Source: Azolla caroliniana
Lineage: Eukaryota; Plantae; Polypodiophyta
Reading direction: 5' to 3'
NCBI GenBank assembly: GCA_043228905.1
Contig: JBHGNT010000029.1
Coordinates: 310,001 to 374,000, forward strand
Length of the DNA: 64,000 nucleotides
Shown here: in pieces, positions 48,901-61,269 of the stretch
How positions within the stretch are numbered: the stretch's first letter is position 1
Layout of the letters: each line of letters begins with the position of its first letter
Made by a program: the position numbers and the translations under genes
Notes under the pieces: model-generated
The model's database searches: none
What the model was told of the DNA's origin: nothing
Seen by the model: only the letters and a program-made list of their open reading frames with translations

Positions 48901-51832
48901 TTGGTTATGCCTTTTGGTTTGAACAATGCTCTGGCTACATTTCAACAAGAAATGAATGACATTTTCCGAGAACAACTTGGAAAATTTGTCGTTATTTTCT
49001 TGGATGATATCTTAGTTTATAGTCGTACATTACAAGAACATGCTAAATATGTCCGCTTTGTTTTACAAACATTGCGTGACAAACATTTTTATGCGAAGAT
49101 TTCAAAATGTGAGTTCTTCAAGAAATCAATTACTTATCTTGGACATCTCATAACCGAAGGAGGAGTTGAAATTGATCCTTCTCGCATCGCGAAAATCAAG
49201 CTTTGGCCCACTCTTCGGAATATTCGAGAAGTTCGATCATTCCTTAGTTTTGTCGGGTTTTTGCGAAAATCCCTTCGTAATTACTCCCAATTGATGACAC
49301 CGTTTACTGATCTTCTAAAAGGTCAAACGTGTAAGTTTACAAAACCTATTGTCTAGAATGCTACACTAGACCTCGCATTTAAGGAACTCAAGGACCTGGT
49401 GTGCAAGGTTCCTTCACGTCTTTTACCTGATCCTTCAAAACATTTTGAGGTTGAAACCAATGCAAGCGATTATGCTATAGGTGCTATCTTATATCAAGAT
49501 TGTAAAACAATAGCATTCGAGAGTAAGAAACTTGATTCTGCTCAATGTCAGTATACCATTCAAGAAAAGGAGTTATTTGCAATTATACATGCACTCAAAA
49601 CATGGCGCCATTATCTTTATGGAAATCGCTTTGTGGTAACTACGGACCACGAGTCCTTGAAATATTTTTGGTCCTTGAAATATTTTTGTGATCAACAAGA
49701 CCTAAAAGGTCGTAAGGCACGATGGGTTGATCTCATCCAGGACTTTGATTTTTCCATACGATATCGTAAAGGTTCCATGAACACTGTCCTGATGCACTAA
49801 GTCGCATCCGTGAAGTTAACATGCTTAGCTTCACTGAAATAACATTAGATCTTTATGATCACCTTCGAGGAAAGTGTCCTGATGACAGTTATTTTGCGAA
49901 ATACTAGGGAAGAGTTGATTCTGGAACAAACACCACCACATCCTCAAAGGAATACTTCCACATTGCTAACGGTCTGCTCTACCGTAATGGGAAGGTTTGT
50001 GTTCTAGATTTGCATGAGGTCAAAAAGAGAATTCCATAAAGATAATGGTGCCATGTTTTGAGTGTACGATGTATTCTAGGGTGCCCTGTTGAGGCCATGA
50101 TGCACCCTCAATAGGGCACCCTAGAATACATCGTACACTCATTCTAATCTCCATTCAATTCTATTGGCCTAAGATGCGCCCTGACATACATAGCTATGTG
50201 ACTAAATGTCACCAATGTCAGGTTAACAAAGCTGTGCGACTTAAAGCCGCAGGATTTTTACATCCCTTGGACATTCCCAATAATAAGTGGGAAAGTATAT
50301 CCATGGATTTTATTGTTAGCCTTCCTCGCACCCAAAAAGGCCATGATGCCATTTGGGTTGTGGCTGATAGATTAACAAAAATGGCCAGATTTATTGCTAC
50401 TAAAACCACGGTAATAGCTCCTAAATTGCCTTACCAATTCGTTGACGAGTTATTTCATTTTTATGGGTTACCGATGGATATTGTGAGTGATCGAGATCCA
50501 AAGTATACTAGTGACTTATGGACGCAAGTCTTCAAGAAGTTAGAAACTACATTGAGCATAAGCTCCACGGATCATCCTCAATCCGATGGACAGATAGAAC
50601 GAGTAAATCAAATTATTGAGGACATGCTTCGAGCATACGTTGGTGCAAAACCAACAAAATGGGAACGTTATCTCCCAATTTTGGAGTTTGCTTATAATAG
50701 CTCCAAGCATACGTCGACGGGATATAGTCCTTTTATGTTGATGTATGGTTTTCAGCCACGAGCCCCGATTCATGTTAATATACATCATGATGACTTGCGA
50801 ACTACGCAAAACTTTCTTTGGGATATGCAAGATATGTTGCATATTGCACGAGATAATATAAAAACAGCTCAAGATAGAGCATGTTTTTATGCCGATCATC
50901 ATAGGCAACCTCGTGTATTCAACCTTGGATAGAAGGTATTTTTACGTGTACCTCACAATTCTAAGGCATTGTCTAAGGGTAACTGTGCTAAGTTATCCCC
51001 ATGGTTTTGTGGACCTTTTATAGTCCTCAAACACATTGGGTCATTGGCCCATCGTCTCGCTCTTCCCGATGGTGTTGAAATTCATCCAGTTTTTCATGTG
51101 AGTCGTCTAAAAGAACTTCTAGGTTCTGGCGCCAATACAGTTACAACTGAAACTCTGGTTACTTCTGAAGAATTATCTTCTAAACCACATGTACCAGAAA
51201 TAATTCTCGATGTTAAAACAAAAAAATTACGTACTAAAGAAATCCGAGAATTTAAAATAAAATGGATGGATAAATCAATAAAAGATGCCACATGGGAATG
51301 CGAAAATTCTCTCAAAACTAACTTCCCTAACTTTCCATTGCAAGAGTGCAATGTTTTAAAGAGGGGGAGTATGTTACGGGCATGACCATATAATATCCCG
51401 TGGTGAGAATTTAACGTAGTATTCTATACACGTGGATAAGTGTGAGGGTTAAACGAGAGTGTAAAGAAGGGGAGGATTACTTTTAATCCTCGGGATTGAG
51501 ACAACCCATTAGGCCAAGTGTGAACTTTCCTGGGGGCCTTGGGTATCGCTATAAATAAGAGGCCTAGCTACCCTCATTTCATCATCTTTTGACTACGTCA
51601 AGACTCTGTTCTTGTGGTGGGTCAACTCTTGTAGCGAGCGCACCAGCACTAGGTACGACTCGATGCCACGACGGTGGTATGGGACGCCGATTGAGGCTCG
51701 AGTCTGTCTGCATCCCTTCGCTCGGGGGTGGTCGGGTGGATCAACACCCTTCTTTCTCTCTCTCCTCTCTATCTAGATCTATCGTTTATCCTTATCCTTT
51801 GCTTACATTAGTACTTATCTCTAATAGTAACA
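45920..51832 (+). mobile_element. Ty3/Gypsy chromovirus, near full length and pseudogenised
   Basis: LTR-derived direct repeats start TGTTACGGGCATG at 45920 and 51372. PPT GAGGGGGAG at 51361. Gag (47014-), protease LFDSGSSHNFV, RT LDLRTGYHQ..VMPFGL..FLDDIL, RNaseH ETNASDYAIG, integrase SMDFI..SDRDP..DGQIER, and chromodomain FKIKW..ATWE. Confidence 0.92.
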
Positions 51833-51869
51833 TTGACTCAAAAAGCCTCTCCACGGTTTCAAGCTAGCA

Positions 51870-52805
51870 CCTGGAGCATGACACTTGAAGATAACCCAAT
51901 ATCTTCACCAAATTAGCTTCAAAATGTCCAAGTCTGACAATTCCTTGTTGATTTTGGAGCTAATCCAGAGGACAAAATATTCATCATAATATACGTCGAC
52001 GACTTAGTCATTGGAGGAGAGCACATAGTCGATATCAATAATATCAAGAAGCTTCTCTCCAGCCGATTCAAAATGAAGGACATGAAGGAGCTCCATTACT
52101 TTCTAGGTATTGAAGTAATTCGGACCCCATTCGGGATTATGATCTCCCAACAACACTACATCCTCAACTAATTATACAAGTTTGGGACGACAGAAGCAAA
52201 TCTGTGGGAACCCCTCTCGATCGCAACCTAAAGCTAGATGTTTACTCAAGCACAAAAGAGTGTGAGCCGACTCATTATCGTAAGTTGATTGGCAACCTAA
52301 TATATCTCACTATCACTTGACCTGACCTAAGTTATCCAGTTGGCCACCTTAGTCAGTTTGTGCAGACACCTTGCACCATTCATCTGGATTGTGTTAAGCA
52401 AGTGCTAAGGTATGTAAGTGGGACAATGGACTATGGCATCCTTTACAAATTAGCCACACCGATGTCGACTGTGCCAACTACAAAGTTGATAGATGATCAA
52501 CATCAAGATTCATCTTCTCCCTTGGTAGTGGAGCCATATCATGAAGCAGCAAGAAGTAGCCGATAGTCGCACTATTGAGAACAGAAGCTGAATACAGGTG
52601 CGCGGTCGTGGCCACATGTGAAGCCATATGGCTCAAGAGGATTCTCAAGGATCTGGATGTCTCCACCAAAGATCCAAACCTCCTATACTGCGACACCATC
52701 AACTATATCAATTTGGCTTGCAACCGAGTTTTCCACGCTCGAACTAAGCACATCGAGGTGCACTACCATTTCATCCGAGAACGTGTAATGATGGGTGTTA
52801 TCGTG
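51870..52805 (+). mobile_element. Degenerate Copia RT/RNase H fragment
   Basis: YVDDLVIGGEH..MKDMKELHYFLGIEV, AEYRCAVVATCEAIWL and [17 protein letters not shown]. Confidence 0.8.
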
Positions 52806-54915
52806 TAATTTGTATACTACGTGAAAAATGTATGGAGTACTCGATTGAATAAGTATGAAGAAAAAGAGAAAAATGTTAAAATCTTATTACATTTATAGGG
52901 CAAGATTTGAACTTTGTACCTCCATGTTAACACTTTTAAACCTTACCATTATACTAACATATTATGAGTGGTAAGAAAATTAGATTTTAATATACAAAAC
53001 GTTATTCTCACACATATTTTCTAGGAAAAAGCTACTCATGCACATCTAGCGTGCATGAACACTATAGTTAGAAAAAAGGCATGATTAAAAGAAAATGCTA
53101 CTCATGCACATCTAGTGTGCATGAACACTTTAGTTAGAAGAAAAAGCATGAAGTCCATAGTTAGAAAAAGCATGAACTTAGAAAAAAAAGCATGGATTGT
53201 TATGTGCTAAGTTACACTTAGCCTCTCCCATCACTATATAAGGATGGTAGTAAAATGTAATTGGGTATGAAAAATTAGGGAATTGATAAAGTTTGTGGTA
53301 AAACTTTTTCTTTCCCCAAAAAAATAAAACTACTTCCATTAGTCAAGGCAATGTACATAGGATAATATACAACTCATATCTTACAGGCCAACTTGCATGT
53401 CAAAAGGAAAACAATATGTGTAAAGGAAATGTAAAGAATCGGATATGATTCTTGTGAAGCGGAAGCGATGTGAGTTATGTGTGTATGTGTGAGAGAAGAG
53501 AGGAGAGGAGAGAAACACAAGATAGATAAGAGACAATATGAAGTACTCAAGAAGAAGGAGGAGATGTATATTAAAAAGTAGAATATGAGATACAAAATAG
53601 CGTTACAAGGAAGTCACAACCGACTTAATATGGAGTAGGAGGAGGGTGCTTTATATAGAGTCACCCTCTCTCTTCATTTACTCACTACAACGTTCACTCT
53701 CTCATTAGAGCCTTGAGGAATGTGAAGTCTTACGGTCATGGGGAATGTGGAACCATTAGTTATGTATCATAGAATATGAATCTATGACACATAGTTTAAT
53801 GTGTAGAGAGTGGGTAATCATAGATTCTCAAAAGGTGTGTTTACACGTTGCTCTATGTTGAGCTTGATTCTCAACACGCCCCCTCAAGCTCAACTCAGGT
53901 CGGCACCTTTCGGGGTTCAGACGATCTCCATTGTCCGTTTCGGGTCGTACTCGGTTCGGTCGGTATCCGATTCTTGCTTGTACTCCCCCTCAAGCTTGGC
54001 AAGTCAGGGATCATCAATCCAAGGTCTGACATGAATTGTTGAAGCTTGTTGGCTCCTACGGCTTTCGTGAAGATGTGTGTTGATGTGTAGAAAGACGACA
54101 TCTCCGGCCTGAACACGCTCTCGAATGAAGTGATAGTGCACTTCTATATGCTTTGTGCGTGTGTGGAACACCAGGTTCTGAGCCAAATAAATATTGCTCA
54201 TGTTGTCGCAGTAAAGGGGAGTGGATCCTTGATGGGAACGCCCAGATCCTTCAAAATCCTCTTAAGCCATACGGCTTCACATGCAGCTACGGCTGCGCCC
54301 CTGTATTTTGCCTCCGTACTCGAAAGAGCGACAATAGGCTGCTTCTTGCTACTCCACGAAATCGCTCCGCTTCCGAGGGAGAAGACGAATCTGGAGGTTG
54401 ATCGTCGATCGGCTTTGTAGCCAGCCCAATCCGCGTTCGTGTATCCTTCGAGTCGTATTGGTGTGGCCGTTTTGTAGAGAATGCCGTAATCCATTGTTCC
54501 GCTCACATATCGTAATACTCGCTTAGCGCAATCGAAATGGATATCTCGCGGAGTTTGCATGAATTGATTAAGGAGTCCGACCGGATAGCTAAGGTCAGGT
54601 CGTGTGATCGTGAGATAGATGAGACTCCCGATCAGTTGTTGATATTGAGTTGGATCGCACTGGTTCGTGCCGGAGTCGGTATCTAGTTTCAAGTTTCTAT
54701 CGAGAGGCATAGCGATCGATTTGCACTCTGTCATCCCGAACTTGTATAACAAGTTGAGAATGTAGTGGCGTTGAGATATCATAATGCCGTCCGGATTCCG
54801 AATCACCTCGATGCCTAGGAAGTAGTGTAGCTCCTTCATGTCCGTCATCTCGAATTTGTTGGAGAGGAGGGACTTCACCTTGTTGATGTCGAGTAAATGC
54901 TCACCTCCAATAACA

Positions 54916-55350
54916 TGTTGGGAGATAGGTCCCTCCGGATGGAAAGGGAGAAGAACAGTGCCGACGAACAAACTCGGCCGAGGCCGACAGGCCTCGGCCG
55001 AAACGGTATGAACCGGATGAGGAGTACCCGACTGCGGAGAGCCGGATAGTGTAGGCCCGGTATGAACCGGATGAGGAGTACCCGACTGCGGAGAGCTGGA
55101 TGGTGTAGGCCCGGTATGAACCGGATGAGGAGTACCCGACTGCGGAGAGCCGGATGGTGCAGGCCCGGTATGAACCGGAGGAAGAGATATATTCGTAAAT
55201 ATGTTTCTGAGAGCCCATCGAGGCTACATTTGTAAATAGCCGAAAAGTCATATTAGTATAAATATGACTTAGGGCAAACTTTTAGTTTGTGTGGTTTTGT
55301 TGTTGTTATTCTTCCTTGTTGGTGCAAGAAGAAGCGAGAGCGCGTAACTG

Positions 55351-55382
<32 letters not shown>

Positions 55383-55659
55383 CGAGGTCGTTGCCTTTGT
55401 TGTAACCGCCGCCTGTGGCGAAGACCTGAGAGCACGAGGTCGTTGCCTCAGTGAACTCACTGTTGTATATTCCTACAGAGTGACAGTTTGCAGCCTGTGG
55501 TCTGCCGTGGTTTTTCCCCTAATTTGGGGTTTTCCACGTAAACCTCCTGTGTACCATTTCTCCCCTTTTGTGTCGCGTTTCATTACCTGTTTTTCTGTGT
55601 ATGAAAAGAATCTCGGTTGTGGCCGAGCGTCGGACATAAGGAACGTCGAGTTCTCAACA
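54916..55659 (+). mobile_element. Solo LTR (related to the LTRs of 2819-7341) inserted in Copia RT
   Basis: TGTTG...CAACA termini with TSD TAACA/TAACG. Splits the host YVDDLV|IGGEH. Shares AGGTCCCTC.GGATGG, TTTGTAAATAG, GAGGTCGTTGCCTC and GGTTGTGGCCG with the 2819 LTR. Confidence 0.9.
55004..55180. repeat. 54-bp tandem repeat (3 copies plus a partial) inside the solo LTR
   Basis: CGGTATGAACCGGA recurs at 55004, 55058, 55112 and 55166. Confidence 0.9.
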
Positions 55660-58600
55660 TAACGAGATCATCCACGTATAGAATGATGACAACTGGGCTT
55701 TTAGACTCGTTTCGTACATAGAGGGAGTTGTCGGATTTCGACATTCGAAAGCCGATTTGATGAAGATATTGCGTAATCTTCGAATGCCAACCACGTGATG
55801 CTTGCTTGAGGCCGTAGAGAGGCTTCTTGAGTCAACATACAGCTTTCAGATGGATGTTGGATTCGAAGCCAGGTGGTTGAACCATGTACACCTCCTCTTC
55901 CAATTCACCTTGAAGAAAGGCGTTCTTTACGTCCATTTGGTGGAGGTGCCACCCTTTCGCCGCTGCAAGTGCGATCACGGTCCGCATAGTCATCATCTTT
56001 GCCATCGAGGCAAAGGTCTCTTCATAGTTGACTCCATGTGTTTGCGCGTATCCTTTCACTACGAGTCGAGCTTTGTAGCGATTGACGGAGCCATCAGCTT
56101 TATACTTCACCTTGTAGATCCATCTGCAGCCTATCGCCTTCTTGTGCGGTGAGTGGGGAAGGATATCCCATGTGTCATTCTTGCGTAGTGCACGCATCTC
56201 CTCGTTCATTGCTTCGATCAATCGCGGGTCCTTCGCTGCTTCGGAAAAGGTTTCCGGCTCCCGTATTGTTGCGACCTTCATCATAAAGGCGTAATGGTAT
56301 GCCATATACTCATCGTAGCCAAAGCGGCTTACGGGGTTCTTTTCATGGGTGGATAGGCGTAGCTTCTCATTTGCGGATTCTAAGGCTTTCTTCACTCCAT
56401 TTGTTCGGATACATTTCTCCTTTTGCTCCAGTGAGTATCCTACGAGGATACATTTCTCTGACTTCGGGTCAAGCTTTTGACGCTTCTCGTCGGGGATGTG
56501 AATGTACGCAATGGAGCCGAATATCCGAACATGCGATAGGTCTGGCTTCTTTCCGAAGAACTTCTCATGCGGAGTAAGTTCGTGCACACCCGATGTCATA
56601 CACCGATTCATGAGATAGACGACGTGTTAGCTGCTTCTATCCAATACGATTTTGGCATGTGCTTTTCGTTAAGCATAGCCCATGCCACTTTGAGGATGTG
56701 CCGATTCTTGCATTCGGCCACTCCATTTTGTTGTGGCGTATGTCGACATGAAAACTCTCGCCGTATTCCTTCTTTTCATAGAAACGCCAAAAATTCGTCA
56801 GAGAAGTACTCCTTGCCTCTATCCGACCGATGACATCGTACATGTCGGCCCGTGGCTTTCTTGACTTCATTCTTAAATTTTTGGAAGATTCCGAACACTT
56901 CGCTCTTTTGTCACATTGGGTAGATCCAAGTGTGCCTAGAGAAGTTGTCGATGAAGGTCACGTAGTATCGGCATCCGCCAAATGTCGCCATTTGAGCCAG
57001 ACCCCATACATCGGAATGAATTACGTCAAGTAAGCCTTTGCTCACGTTCCATTTCTTCGGGAATGGGTGCCGAGGTTGCTTACTGAATTGGCAAGCGGTA
57101 CACACACCTTCAATATCTTTCTCCGTGAATGTCGGGAGCCCGATGACGACTCCTTTCGATTGCATTGCCTTGAGCTTTTGGAGGTTGATATGGACAATCC
57201 ACTTGTGCCATAACTCTATGTCGGAATCGGCTTTCATGCCCTTTGCGAACATGGCCGATTTCATCTCGTGTGAGTCGAGAATGAACATTCGGCCCTCTCT
57301 TCGTCCACATGTGATGAGTCAGCCCTCTTTTTCGATGAAGCAACTGCCTTGATTAAATCATACTTGCATTCCTTGCTCTACAATTTGGCCGATGGAGACT
57401 AAATTCTTCGTGATAGTTGGTACATGCAAGAAATTTTCAATATAAGTTTTCTTACCTTCTTCTCCGAACGGAACATTTCCGATGTGCCAAATCGGGTGCA
57501 TAGTATCGTCTCCGGTTTCGACATAGCCGGGTCAGTCCGGCTCTCGATGTTCTCGGAACCATTCTTCATTCGACGTCATATGGTTCGAGGCACCGGAATC
57601 GATGAACCATACGTCTTCCGGACCGGAGGCATTAGTAGAAGTAGAGGCCAACATAGAATTTGCTCTATGTCTCATCATGAACATTCCGCCGTGATCGTCA
57701 TAGTCGGAGTTGATGGCGTAGTTGGTGAGCACCATCTCGTCATCCTCCAAGTTTGCGCTTATCGAACCGAGCGAATCACAAAGCTCCTTGATCTTCAAGG
57801 TGTAGCTCGTGACAGACATATCCCTTTGTTGGATATTATTCAACTCTTGGCGGAGTTGAAGCTTTCTCGCGGTAGTGTTGGTGGCGAAAATCTTTCGTAG
57901 ATTCTCCCACGCTTCCTTCGGCGTCTTGGCTTCTCGAATGTACCCGAGCATGTGGTCGTGAACACATGTCGCCAAGCAATACATCACTCGGCTTGCCGCT
58001 TGCTCCCATGTTGCATAGTCGGCGTCTTCCGGGTTGGGCGATTTTCTTGTGCTCCTTTGATGTAGCTCCAATAGCCTTGGCCGACAAGTTATTGGTGCAT
58101 CTTGTACTCCCAAGATGCAAAGTTGTTGCGATCCAACTTCTCGCTAGGGAGAGCACTCCCCATTTGAGTATTCATTGTCGATGTTGATTTCTTCCTTCTT
58201 TTCTTTTCCTTCTCTCTTGAACATGAGCTACGTAGTCGCATTACGATAGCGATGAGCCGGTTCTTCTTGAATGTCGGCGTAGAGCACAACACACGATCAC
58301 GATGAGGTGAATGGGCTAGATCGAGCTACAAAATCGCTCTGATACCATGTAAAGAATCGGATATGATTCTTGTGAAGCGGAAGAGATGTGAGTTATGTGT
58401 GTATGTGTGAGAGAAGAGAGGAGAGGAGAGAAACACAAGATAGATAAGAGACAATATGAAGTACTCAAGAAGAAGGAGGAGATGTATATTAACAAGTAGA
58501 ATATGAGATACAAAATAACGTTACAAGGAGTCACAACCGACTTAATATGGAGTAGGAGGAGGGTGCTTTATATAGAGTCACCCTCTCTTTTCATTTACTC

Positions 58601-58815
58601 ACTACAACGTTCACTCTCTCACTAGAGCCTTGAGGAATGTGAAGTCTTACGGTCATGGGGAATGTGGAACCATTAGTTATGTGTCATAGAATATGAATCT
58701 ATGACACATAGTTTAATGTGTAGAGAGTGGTGATTTGACTCTTGACCTTTGAGTAATCATAGATTCTCAAAAGGTGTGTTCACACGTTGCTCTATGTTGA
58801 GCTTGATTCTCAACA

Positions 58816-60120
58816 AGAAACAACAAAAACAACTCCAAAACACCACATCATTCGAAGAGCATAACATTACCCGAACGCATACCCTCCATGTGAGCCTCAT
58901 ACAACCCGAATTCAGCATAGGCATCCTCCACTCTCTTCTCATGGTAGCACCCATCTATATGTTAGGTACACTCGGAGGGAACAACCACCGTCGTGGTTGA
59001 TAATTCCACTTCGCTTTGCCATCCACCATCTGCAACATCAACAAGCTGCTCCATTGTAGAAGGAACCGAGCTCTAGCTTCTTTGCTTGCATCTGAAGGCC
59101 CTTGAAGACTTTCAAACTCTCCTCATAATGAAGAAATGAGATTAAACCAAATCATCATTAAACTCTTAGCCAGTGGGGTTCGCTTACCTGAGAAAGTCTC
59201 CTTGCACCTAGATACCCACACTTGCCAAACCGTAAGGCCGACCACTAATAACCATATGTCCACATAGCGTTCCTGCATGAAGAATGAACCTCCTTGCGCT
59301 GGTTGTACAGTTCCTTACATCACCTTTAAAGAAGGACTATTTCCATTCCACCCTTGAAACGACGCAGCCAATTCAGTGGCCAACCAAGTGACTGCGGCGC
59401 TCGATACATGAACCTCAACCCCGAATCGAGCCAAGATTCTTAAGCTCCTTAGCCAAACTTCTTGGGCTCGTGGGCAACACCACAAACAATGTGCGATGTC
59501 CTCCAAGCTCGCACTGTAGGCCTTGCAACTACTCATGCCACCTCTTTTCCCAAGCCACTCTCCCGTTGGAACAACCCGATGGGTGATTAACCAAAAAAAC
59601 ACTTTGATCCGCTCGAGAAGGGATGAGTTCCATATCTTGCTCCTGGTTCTATCGACGAAGATTGAATCGACAGCTACATGGGCCCATTTGTTGGCACACT
59701 TCTCATGATGCCAACATAACTTTCTCCCCAAGTGCGTCGAGAATTCGATGAAACCTATTGATTTATCTTGTTCTGCCTTCCACTTATATTCAGCAGGATC
59801 CCATTCTAAGCACTCGAGTGGCTTGCCTTCAACCACATACAAGATCCAGTCCTCCTCAACCTCATCGACTAGTGGATTCACCTTCCATTTCTTGCCGTCT
59901 CGTGCCACAATTCTACTCGGGTACCAACTTGCACTTTCATTTATTGATCTCAACTGGACGATCTTCCCATTCTTTCCTAGACCCCTGACATTTATAATAT
60001 TCCTGGTATCATCACATTGTTCGGACCTTTCACCCTCTTCCCCATTACTAATAGGAACAGAGTAGACAGTTGTATTGACTAGGTCAAGCATCTTTTTGCC
60101 ATTTCTGACCTTTGCCACGT
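58816..60120 (-). mobile_element. L1-type LINE 3' fragment (zf-RVT region)
   Basis: KIWNSSLLERIKVFFWLITHRVVPTGEWL..SCKAY..EDIAHCLWCCPRAQEVW matches the zf-RVT consensus. A probable 3' UTR continues at about 53300-53429, beyond the Copia insertion. Confidence 0.75.
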
Positions 60121-60189
60121 CTTCATATAATTTTGGGGTAAAAGTTATGGGGAATTATTAGGGTTTAAAATATGGATTAATCTAATAAA

Positions 60190-60412
60190 CTATACTCGTG
60201 GGATTCAGGAGTTTTCTATCTCTTTCTCTTTCAATCTATTCATATTCTTATCTAAATATTGATTAATAAAATACATTATACTCGTGGGATTCACAAGTTT
60301 TCTATCTCTCTCTCTTTCAATCTATTCATATTCTTATCTAAATATTGATTAATACAATATACTCGTGGGATTCACGAGTTTCCTATCTCTCTTTCTTGCA
60401 ATCTATTCATAA
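60190..60412. repeat. Three tandem copies of about 80-87 bp
   Basis: TATACTCGTGGGATTCA..TTCTATCTCT..CAATCTATTCATA is repeated three times. Confidence 0.8.
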
Positions 60413-60494
60413 CTAGATTTGCCTCAAATTCCTCCTCCTCCTAGTCCAAAACCTCAACAGTTCCCACTCTACTCATGCCATGATCCAGCGCCGA

Positions 60495-61096
60495 AAAGGC
60501 ATGACACTAGAGATGTCGGCCTGCAACACATCAACATGAACCTGCAAATAGCTGACATCTTCATGAAGGCCTTGGGAGCCAACAAGCTGCGGTAGTTCAC
60601 GACAAACTTATGACTCTCGTCTGCCAACCAACTGAGCTTGAGGGGGAGTGAGGAGCCGTCAACCGACATGGAATCGAACGGTACAGAACGAACACAGAAA
60701 ATGGAGTGAGCCAGCCATCCACAACCAAAGCCGACTCGGATACCAATCAAGAGCCAAACCAACTATTTGGTGATTGGAAGTTGTGTTTGAAGGGGAGTGT
60801 TGAGAATCAAACTCAACTTCCCTAGTGTGGGAACACACCTTAGGAGCATCCAAGTGTGTGAACACCACACTACTTTATATCATAACTAATGTGTCATAGA
60901 ACTTAACTCTTATGACACATAGGTAGTAGGGAGTTAAGTCTCCACCTCTTTCCCAAGAGGTAGTTATAGTAAGTTAGTATAGACAAAAGGTGACTACATA
61001 AGCTCCTTCTCGTCTTTGTAACCTTTGGTCATTCTTGTTAATATACAGTTTTCTGTATACTTGTGTTTTTTTTTCTCTCTCTCTCTCTCTCTCTCT

Positions 61097-61137
<41 letters not shown>

Positions 61138-61172
61138 CTTCTGCTGCATAGAATCACACTCGATTCTTTACA
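60495..61172 (+). mobile_element. Copia 3' end plus 3' LTR
   Basis: QHINMNLQIADIFMKALGANKL, PPT GAAGGGGAG, and LTR 60798-61172 (TGTTGAGAATCAA...TTCTTTACA), from the same family as 32104 and 53430. Confidence 0.8.
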
Positions 61173-61269
61173 ACAGCTAACTTGAATTTAGTAACTATGA
61201 TATCAAGACCTTCTTCGACTTCTTCCACTTCATGGTTTCATATTCTATTCACTCTTGTTCCACTTGACA

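Larger units (their letters stand above)
53430..58815 (-). mobile_element. Ty1/Copia element with both LTRs, containing a nested solo LTR
   Basis: LTRs at 53430-53876 and 58348-58815. PBS at 58336-58347. Flanks GGAAA/AGAAA (TSD with one mismatch). Gag, protease, integrase, RT and RNaseH fragments are present. Confidence 0.93.
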
